Below, one piece after another: positions 1 through 8,300 of a DNA stretch of 64,000 bases. The stretch covers positions 1-64,000 of the forward strand of contig NW_027437468.1 of assembly GCF_964204645.1 (NCBI RefSeq), given 5' to 3'. The stretch's first letter is position 1; each line of letters starts with the position of its first letter. The notes below the pieces were generated by a model, which saw only the letters and a list, made by a program, of their open reading frames with translations, was not told the origin of the DNA and searched no databases. This stretch comes from Tubulanus polymorphus. Taxonomy: Eukaryota; Animalia; Nemertea. The translations under genes were made by a program, and so were the position numbers.

Positions 1-528
1 CCTAACCCTAACCCTAACCCTAACCCTAACCCTAACCCTAACCCTAACCCTAACCCTAACCCTAACCCTAACCCTAACCTAACCCTAACCCTAACCCTAA
101 CCCTAACCCTAACCCTAACCCTAACCCTAACCCTAACCCTAACCCTAACCCTAACCCTAACCCTAACCCTAACCCTAACCCTAACCCTAACCCTAACCCT
201 AACCCTAACCCTAACCCTAACCCTAACCCTAACCCTAACCCTAACCCTAACCCTAACCCTAACCCTAACCCTAACCCTAACCCTAACCCTAACCCTAACC
301 CTAACCCTAACCCTAACCCTAACCCTAACCCTAACCCTAACCCTAACCCTAACCTAACCCTAACCCTAACCCTAACCCTAACCTAACCCTAACCCTAACC
401 CTAACCTAACCCTAACCCTAACCCTAACCCTAACCCTAACCCTAACCCTAACCCTAACCCTAACCCTAACCCTAACCCTAACCCTAACCCTAACCCTAAC
501 CCTAACCCTAACCCTAACCCTAACCCTA
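1..528 (-). repeat. Telomeric repeat array (CCCTAA)n, i.e. TTAGGG on the minus strand; chromosome terminus
   Basis: Near-perfect CCCTAA tandem array from base 1, with four 5-bp CCTAA variants at about 78, 353, 382 and 405. The C-rich strand at the 5' end is the orientation expected for a left chromosome end. Confidence 0.99.
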
Positions 529-588
529 GCTTGTAACCCTAGCTTGTAACCCTAGCTTGTAACCCTAGCTTGTAACCCTAGCTTGTAA
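521..588. repeat. Telomere-junction minisatellite (TAACCCTAGCTTG)x5
   Basis: Five exact 13-bp copies start at 521, 534, 547, 560 and 573, followed by TAA. The first copy is in phase with the last telomeric repeat. Confidence 0.97.
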
Positions 589-697
589 TTAATCAATCGT
601 AATCGTGTATGTAATTAGAGAATTGGAGAATTAGCCTTATCCCATTAACCCTAGCTTAATCAGAATCATGAATGTAATTAGAGAATTAGAGTATTAG
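573..697. repeat. Degenerate direct duplication seeded by the 13-mer
   Basis: TAACCCTAGCTT...ATGTAATTAGAGAATTGGAGAATTAG (573-634) resembles TAACCCTAGCTT...ATGTAATTAGAGAATTAGAGTATTAG (646-697). Confidence 0.7.
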
Positions 698-721
698 TGA
701 AGTACGAGTGAAAATCTGTCA

Positions 722-799
722 ACCACCGACACCGGGACTCGAACCACGGATGTCTCGCTTGCAAGGCAGGCGATGCTCTACCACTTGAGCTATCGGGGC
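722..799 (-). pseudogene. tRNA-derived element (tRNA pseudogene or SINE head) with Pol III A and B boxes; possibly Ala(TGC)-like loop
   Basis: Minus strand reads GCCCCGATAGCTCAAGTGGTAGAGCATCGCCTGCCTTGCAAGCGAGACATCCGTGGTTCGAGTCCCGGTGTCGGTGG. It has a D-arm GCTC/GAGC with A box TAGCTCAAGTGG and B box GGTTCGAGTCC. The anticodon arm TCGC/GCGA carries 4 extra nt, the T stem has a bulge and the acceptor stem has mismatches. A T4 run follows at 714-711. Confidence 0.8.
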
Positions 800-1036
800 G
801 ACTTGCTGGTTTTGATTCGTTCTAAGCCTTCTAGCACAGACTAGAGAACACAGATAGAGATTTGGTGGCTCTTGACCATTAATTACACACCTAATTATTA
901 ACTCATTGACAATGCCTTTTCATAGGTTGTACACTTGCGTAAGGGTCTCTTCTCTCTGCCTGCAAAGTTTCAAGCTACTTCGATCATCCTTAACGGAATT
1001 AAAACAAGTTTTAAGGGGTTGTTTTCAGTTCTGGAC

Positions 1037-1518
1037 AGAGTATTTTCGCGTATTTTCACCTATCTCCGACACTTATTTTTCCAACCTAGGCTCAACAGAA
1101 GCCCGCACCCGAGGATTTTATGTTTCTATACATACTACAGGGCCCTTTCTAAATACCTGAAATACCTCAGAGCCCTGAGCTTTCTAGAAAGGGTCTTGCG
1201 ACCCCCTGAAATGTGGTCGCACGGCCGTCTGAGACCCCTGGTAAATCCGTGCACCAAAAGGTAGAAAGGGGTGACTTGCAGTTCTAGGGTCCTTTTTATA
1301 AGGTTTGCACACTTTGATTAGACCCTCCCCTAGGTCCCTGAGAAGTTTCAGAGCCCTAGGGTCACTATTAAGGTCGTAGGAGATGTTAGAAGAGGGGTCG
1401 TTTTTCACGTTTTTCATGTCTCGACTTAGTGTATTTTCGCGTATTTTGACACTGATTTTTCGCGTTGGGTCCACCCAGACCCAACGGACCCCACACCCAG
1501 GGTTTTTATGGTTTTGTA
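1037..1518. repeat. Diverged direct duplication about 390 bp apart in a GC-richer subtelomeric segment (unclassified repeat)
   Basis: GTATTTTCGCGTATTTT is exact at about 1040 and 1431. It is followed by GACACTTATTTTT vs GACACTGATTTTT, then CCCGCACCCGAGGATTTTATGTTTCTATA vs CCCACACCCAGGGTTTTTATGGTTTTGTA. Confidence 0.65.
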
Positions 1519-1597
1519 TCAATACGCCTAAACCCATCTTTTCAGATTGAATCCATCAACTTCAGAAGCATAAGTCAGAAAATTCTTAATCTTTCAA
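1519..1597 (+). repeat. Orphan fragment of the 102-bp satellite (rare C-type monomer)
   Basis: TCAATACGCCTAAACCCATCTTTTCAGATTGAATCCATCAACTTCAGAAGCATAAGTCAGAAAATTCTTAATCTTTCAA matches about 8340-8421 apart from one substitution and a 3-bp deletion. Confidence 0.95.
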
Positions 1598-1840
1598 TGT
1601 CATGACCCATATGCTATATTTTAAATTTCAATATATTATAAGTTACAGTCTATGGTTTTGTATACAGTATTCTCGAGTTGGCATCCAGTCAGACCACAAA
1701 CTATTCCCAATCAACTGTAAAATGTTAACCAACCATATAATCATGTACGCTACAGTCCTCTGAATAATGCCGTTAGTCAGTCGACTTCATATTACTACAA
1801 CGTGTTGGTCGTTTACTTTGGGTCCGCCACATTCCGGACA
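1598..1840 (+). mobile_element. 5' LTR (243 bp) of a BEL/Pao retrotransposon
   Basis: Starts with TGTCATGA exactly where satellite homology stops and ends with TCCGGACA (TGTC/GACA inverted termini, 6/8 match). The PBS follows after 2 nt. A TATA-like TATATTATAA lies near 1632-1641. Confidence 0.85.
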
Positions 1841-1842
1841 TT

Positions 1843-1856
1843 TGGTCCCTCGAGCC
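1843..1856 (+). promoter_or_regulatory. Primer binding site complementary to the tRNA-Tyr 3' end
   Basis: TGGTCCCTCGAGCC matches the complement of the tRNA-Tyr 3' end (TGGTCCTTCGAGCC) at 13/14. It lies between the LTR end and the gag ATG at 1872. Confidence 0.8.
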
Positions 1857-1871
1857 TCTACTATTAGTGAA

Positions 1872-2770
1872 ATGGAAAAAATGGAGAAAATCAAAGCGTC
1901 TCGTGCCGCTCACCGAGGACAATTTACTAAGCTGAAGTCTAAATGTGACCAGTCGTTGCGTGAGGAAAATCTAGTAGAAGGTACGTCATTTTTGAAAAAT
2001 ATGAATTCAAAATTAGAACTCTTAGAAAGTTTGGACTGTCAAATCTTAGAGGAAGCGGATGTCTATCACATCTTATACAGACTTAGTTGTCGAATTCGAC
2101 GAGTATATTTGAGAACGGAAGCTTGAGGTGGACACATTAGAAATGGCTTTCAGTGAGCTGGCATTAAGGCTGAAAGCTTCAACCACAAATTCACAAAATT
2201 TAAGGGGCGCTAATAGTCAGTCGATTGGGTGTTCAACCAATTGGCAAAGAATTAATTAGTACAGGTAGTTTTGGATCTAACGTGCCGAGTAATCAAGAAG
2301 TTGACGTAGTTAGCATTAAAGTTTCATGTAATGATAATTCAATAGAAATAATCGAAGCTTAAGTCACTTGACCCTTAGTTAATTTCCAATTCAATCTAAG
2401 CAAAATTCCGGAATTCAATGGGTTGAGGTTGGCACGTTTTTGTACGTCTAATAAGATTGATATTCTAATCGGTAGTGATTACTATTACAAATTCATTCAG
2501 TCCAATCTAATTAAATCTTCAACTGGACCTGCAGCATTAGATTCCAGATTAGGGTACATTATATCTGGACCTGTATTTTATGAATTTAATTCTAGTCGTT
2601 CTGAGACAAATGAGCGTTTTTTGAACCTGAAGAGAATTATTGGAGTCTTGAAACTATTGGTATACAACCAACTACACTGCAAGAGAATTTCTTTGAAAAC
2701 TATTGTACCAATTATATTTCTAAGTCAGATAATATGTACATTGCCAGATTGCCCTGGGAAAGTGGGCTTT
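1872..2770 (+). pseudogene. BEL/Pao gag-pol remnant (gag N-terminus, C-terminal part of the aspartic protease region, pre-RT linker), internally deleted and frameshifted
   Basis: MEKIKASRAAHRGQFTKL is gag N-terminus-like. From about 2217 the sequence reads RLGVQPIGKELISTGSFGS, then IDILIGSDYYYKFI...GPAALDSRLGYIISGP (DUF1758-type peptidase motifs). After a frameshift it reads YWSLETIGI...YIARLPW, matching the Pao FW.LE.IGI and Y.V.LPW motifs. In-frame stops are present; no RT, RNase H, integrase or 3' LTR is seen. Confidence 0.88.
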
Positions 2771-2832
2771 CAGATCAGAGATCGAAGGTCGAGACACCAC
2801 TCATCACCACAAGTAATTTTTTTTCTTTACAA

Positions 2833-5135
2833 ATGGGGGAGAATGAACACCAGACAGAAAACAATAATGTTATTAAATATCAATATTATTGTCCATATTG
2901 TAAAAAATACATTGATAAATCTCAGAAATCGCGTCATGAAAAATCTGCAAATCATATAAAAAATGTTATAGATTTTGAAACTCCAGAAAATTCCAATGAA
3001 AGAAAACAACGATTAGTAAATATGAATGTGGATGAAATAAAATGTGAAGTTTGTGATGAATTTATAACAAAAAGGAATTACAATAGACATCTCGAAACAG
3101 AAAAACACCATCAAAATTTGAGAAATAATGTTTTAGGAATAGATTATTTTGATGATAAACCTCAACAAGTAAAAAAACCAACTTCAAAAACTGAATCCAT
3201 TTCAAATAAACCTTACATGGAAAATGTTAGAAATTATATTGATTCACTAGAAATAAAATTGGTCCTGCAGCTATTATATTTACATTTTTTAAAGTTACAA
3301 CAATAGAAGATTATAGTAAATTTAATGAAATAATAGAATAAATACTAGATTTGATAACAGATGTTGAATATCCAAAAATTAGTATCTCTGGGAAAGTTTT
3401 TAAAGTCAGAAGATAAAATGGATTATAATATTCAAACACTCTCTGAAGAAATAATTTCAAAAACACAAATAAAAGAGAAGTTAGAAAAAATATTTAATGA
3501 ATTTAAACGTCATATTGAAGAAAGATATTTTGAGGGTTCTGGTTTATCATTGAATGAAATTATATTTATAGATTTAAATGTTTATAATACAAAAAGAAAT
3601 AAAACATCAAAAAGTAATAAAATGTTTAAAAATGATTCAAACTTTACTACAGAAAAGGATAATTAAGCATCATCTTATATTAAATTACCATTTACAACAA
3701 AAGCAGTAATAAATATTCAAAATGAAGATAATAAATGTTTTCTATGGTCAATTATTAGTTGCTTACATCCAACTCAGGAAAATGTTTGTAGAATAACAGA
3801 TTACCGGAAATATGAAACATTATATAAAATTGATCAATATCCAGTAACTATAAAAATGATTCCTAAAATAGAAAAAGTTAATAATTTAAAAATAAATATA
3901 TTTGAATTAATGCAATTACCAAAGACAAAAGGTGAAAATATTGAAGATTATACATTGGAAGCTTTATATATTATGATGATGAAAATGCTATAGATTTGTT
4001 ATATTACAAAAAAGATGAAAATGAACATTATATGTGGTTAAAACAAATGGATTTATTCTTTAGAACAGAAAGTGATCATCATCATAAAATTTATCTATGT
4101 AGAAAAATGTTTATCTAAATTTATGACTGAAAATACATTATTAAAACATAAAGAATTATGTGATAATAAAGATTTTGTAAATTCATAAATAATGCCAACA
4201 GAAAAAGATTATAAATTGAAAATTACTAATCATAAATTTAAGAATATGGTTCCATTTGTAATTTATGGGGATTTTGAATCGTTGAATAAAGAATTAACTG
4301 ATCAAGATAGAAAAGAAATATATAAGAAAAAGCAATTATTAAAATCAATGGATAAAGGAAATGAATTAAATGAAGACACAATACAAGACCCGCCAATTAT
4401 AAATACAATTAAAAAAGTTCATCAAAGAGCTTCTGCTTATGGAATTTATATAAAATCAAATTATCCTAAATTACATGAAAGTAAATATATTTCTTTTAGA
4501 GGTGAAGATGTAGTTAATAATTTTTGTAACAAAATAATTGAATTAGAAGGTGATTTGGCAGAATTATTAAACAAAAATAAAAGAATAGTTATGACGAAAG
4601 AAGATGAAATTGATTTTAATTATGCAACTCATTGTTGTTATTGTGAAAAATGTTTTTATTCATTTGATAAAAAACTTAGAGATCATGATCATTTAAATTC
4701 AGAATATCGTGGGGCTGCTCATGAAGATTGTAATTTACAAGCTAAAAAAGTAAATTTCGTTCCAATATTATTTCATTTATCGGGCTATGATACCCATCTA
4801 TTTATAAAACAATTATCGGGAAAATTGGGCGCAATTTATCAAGAAATAGAAGAATATAATGCTATGAATGGTGTAAATGTGAGAAAATATGATTTTAAAC
4901 TATTAGCTAAAACATCTGAAAATTATATTTCATTTCAATTTGGTTGCATTAGATTTTTAGATTCTTATAGATTTCGAGCAAGTTCATTAGATATTTTATC
5001 AAAAAGTTTAGTTGATAATGATTTTGTTATAACTCGATATTATTATCCAAATGAACAAGATTTTAAATTATTTAAATTATTAAAGGTGCAATTCCTTATT
5101 CATTTTATAAAACACACAATGATTTTAGAATATGA
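2833..5135 (+). pseudogene. Polinton/Maverick (adintovirus)-type protein-primed family B DNA polymerase, 5' portion, decayed and 3'-truncated
   Basis: Joining frames across stops and frameshifts gives: two C2H2-type fingers (CPYC..H..H, CEVC..H..H); EGSGLSLNEIIFIDLNV; SSYIKLP..AVINIQNEDNKCFLWSI (Cys at 3736) and EHYMW (His at 4026), resembling the OTU-like domain; LCRKCL..F....L.KH...C; ExoI VIYGDFES (4270); an HNH/EndoVII-like insert CCYC...RDHDHL..EYRGAAHEDCNL; ExoII-like FHLSGYDTHLF; RFLDSYRF..SSLD.L; and KGAIPY (~5082, shifted frame). Palm motifs are absent. Confidence 0.88.
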
Positions 5136-5140
5136 AGCTG

Positions 5141-5393
5141 CAGTTAGGGGTAGGGGTACCCGAATGACCCGAAAGTAGGTCAATTTTTTTTTTTTACATT
5201 TTGGGGGCCCCTAACGACCCCAGAATAGCTAGATCATCAGAAACAAGCTGAATCATCATATTTTAGTGTAGGGAAGCGTATTAGACCGTCTAGAAGTTTG
5301 AGAACCCAATATTTTTTGAAAAAATTTTTTTTTCGAAATACAGTTAGCAAATCTCAGGATCTGGTTTTTAGAGAAGTCGCATTAGAAAGAGTT
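5141..5393. other. Unique spacer between the polymerase fragment and the satellite; possibly a DNA-transposon-like end
   Basis: Composition shifts abruptly. It contains GTTAGGGG (5143-5150) with inverted CCCCTAAC (5208-5215), a TGACC...GGTCA hairpin, GGGGTACCC and GGGGCCCC palindromes, and long T/A runs. Confidence 0.35.
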
Positions 5394-8300
5394 TTAACCC
5401 ATCTTTTCCGATTGAATCCATCATCTTTAGAACCAAAAGCAGCCAGAAAATTCTGTTTCTTTCCACCTATCTATTTGAAATCAGTTCAATACGCCTTTAC
5501 TCATCTTTTCAGATTGAATCCATCATCTTCAGAACGAAAAGCAGCCAGAAAATTCTTATTCTTTCCACCTATCTATTTGAAATCAGTTCAATACGCCTTT
5601 ACTCATCTTTTCAGAATGAATCCATCATCTTTAGAACCAAAAGCAGCCAGAAAATTATGTTTCTTTCCACCTATCTATTTGAAATCAGTTCAATACACCC
5701 AAACCCATCAATTAAGTTATAATTCATCATCTTTAGAACCATATTTAGCTAGAAAAATCTGTATCTTTCAACCCATCTACTCGAAATAAGTTCAGTTTAC
5801 CTTAACCTATCATTTCGGATCGAGTCTATCATCTTCAGAACCAAAAGCAGCCAGAAAATTCGGTTTCTTTCCACCAATCTATTTGAAATCAGTTCAATAA
5901 GCCTTAACCCATCTTTTCAGATTGAATCCATCATCTTTAGAACCAAAAGCAGCCAGAAAATTCGGTTTCTTTCCACTTATCTATTTGAAATCAGTTCAAT
6001 ACGCCTTTACTCATCTTTTCAGATTGATCCATCATCTTTAGAACCAAAAGCAGCCAGAAAATTATGTTTCTTTCCACCTATCTATTTGAAATCAGTTCAA
6101 TACGCCTTTACTCATCTTTTCAGATTGAATCCATCATCTTCAGAACCAAAAGCAGCCAGAAAATTCTTATTCTTTCCACCTATCTATTTGATATCAGTTC
6201 AATACACCCAAACCCATCAATTAAGATAGAATTCATCATCTTTAGAACCATATTTAGCTAGAAAAATCTGTATCTTTCAACCCATCTACTCGAAATAAGT
6301 TCAGTTTACCTTAACCTATCATTTCGGAACGAGTCTATCATCTTCAGAACCAAATGCAGCCAGAAAATTCTTATTCTTTCCACCTATCTATTTTAAATCA
6401 GTTCAATACGCCTTTACTCATCTTTTCAGATTGAATCCATCATCTTTAGAACCAAAAGCAGCCAGAAAATTCTGTTTCTTTCCACCTATCTATTTGAAAT
6501 CAGTTCAATACGCCTTTACTCATCTTATCAGATTGAATCCATCATCTTCAGAACCAAAAGCAGCCAGAAAATTCTTATTCTTTCCACCTATCTATTTGAT
6601 ATCAGTTCAATACACCCAAACCCATCAATTAAGTTATATTTCATCATCTTTAGAACCATATTTAGCTAGAAAAATCTGTATCTTTCAACCAATCTACTCG
6701 AAATAAGTTCAGTTTACCTTAACCTATCATTTCGGATCGAGTCTATCATCTTCAGAACCAAATGCAGCCAGAAAATTCTGATTCTTTCAACCTATCTATT
6801 TGAAATCAGTTCAATAAGCCTTAACCCATCTTTTCAGATTGAATCCATCATCTTTAGAACCAAAAGCAGCCAGAAAATTCTGTTTCTTTCCACCTATCTA
6901 TTTGAAATCAGTTCAATACGCCTTTACTCATCTTTTCACATTGATCCATCATCTTTAGAAACAAAAGCAGCCAGAAAATTCGGTTTCTTTCCACCTATCT
7001 ATTTGAAATCAGTTCAATACGCCTTTACTCATCTTTTCAGATTGAATCCATCATCTTCAGAACCAAAAGCAGCCAGAAAATTCTGTTTCTTTCCACCTAT
7101 CTATTTGAAATCAGTTCAATACGCCTTTACTCATCTTTTCAGATTGAATCCATCATCTTCAGAACCAAAAGCAGCCAGAAAATTCTTATTCTTTCCACCT
7201 ATCTATTTGATATCAGTTCAATACACCCAAACCCATCAATTAAGATAGAATTCATCATCTTTAGAACCATATTTAGCTAGAAAAATCTGTATCTTTCAAC
7301 CCATCTACTCGAAATAAGTTCAGTTTACCTTAACCTATCATTTCGGAACGAGTCTATCATCTTCAGAACCAAATGCAGCCAGAAAATTCTGATTCTTTCC
7401 ACCTATCTATTTTAAATCAGTTCAATACGCCTTTACTCATCTTTTCAGATTGAATCCATCATCTTTAGAACCAAAAGCAGCCAGAAAATTCTGTTTCTTT
7501 CCACCTATCTATTTGAAATCAGTTCAATACGCCTTTACTCATCTTTTCAGATTGAATCCATCATCTTTAGAACCAAAAGCAGCCAGAAAATTCTGTTTCT
7601 TTCCACCTATCTATTTGAAATCAGTTCAATACGCCTTTACTCATCTTTTCAGATTGAATCCATCATCTTCAGAACCAAAAGCAGCCAGAAAATTCTTATT
7701 CTTTCCACCTATCTATTTGATATCAGTTCAATACACCCAAACCCATCAATTAAGTTATATTTCATCATCTTTAGAACCATATTTAGCTAGAAAAATCTGT
7801 ATCTTTCAACCAATCTACTCGAAATAAGTTCAGTTTACCTTAACCTATCATTTCGGATCGAGTCTATCATCTTCAGAACCAAATGCAGCCAGAAAATTCT
7901 GATTCTTTCCACCTATCTATTTGAAATCAGTTCAACACGCCTTTACTCATCTTTTCAGATTGAATCCATCATCTTTAGAACCAAAAGCAGCCAGAAAATT
8001 CTGTTTCTTTCCACCTATTTATTTGAAATCAGTTCAATACGCCTTTACTCATCTTTTCAGATTGAATCCATCATCTTCAGAACCAAAAGCAGCCAGAAAA
8101 TTCTTATTCTTTCCACCTATCTATTTGAAATCAGTTCAATACACCCCAACCCATCAATTAAGATAGAATTCATCATCTTCAGAACCATATTTAGCTAGAA
8201 AAATCTGTATCTTTCAAACCATCTACTCGAAATAAGTTCAGTTTACCTTAACCTATCATTTCGGATCGAGTCTATCATCTTCAGAACCAAATGCAGCCAG

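Noticed and set aside
78-409. CCTAA (TTAGG, arthropod-type) units inside the telomere as a mixed telomere motif
   Set aside because: There are only four isolated single-C losses, which fit homopolymer sequencing error or telomerase slippage.
722-799. Functional tRNA gene
   Set aside because: The acceptor stem is mismatched, the anticodon arm has 4 extra nt, the T stem is bulged and there are extra bases before the 3' acceptor strand.
906-1537. Short ORFs 906-1160, 935-1264 and 1184-1537(-)
   Set aside because: They overlap, have no recognisable motifs and lie in repeat-like DNA.
2827-3009. 60-aa hydrophobic minus-strand ORF
   Set aside because: It is the antisense shadow of the A-rich zinc-finger coding region.
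4192-5178. Intact stand-alone 328-aa nuclease gene
   Set aside because: It is an internal piece of the PolB pseudogene. Homology continues upstream past a stop and downstream in another frame (KGAIPY), and the ORF's C-terminus is out-of-frame read-through into the spacer.
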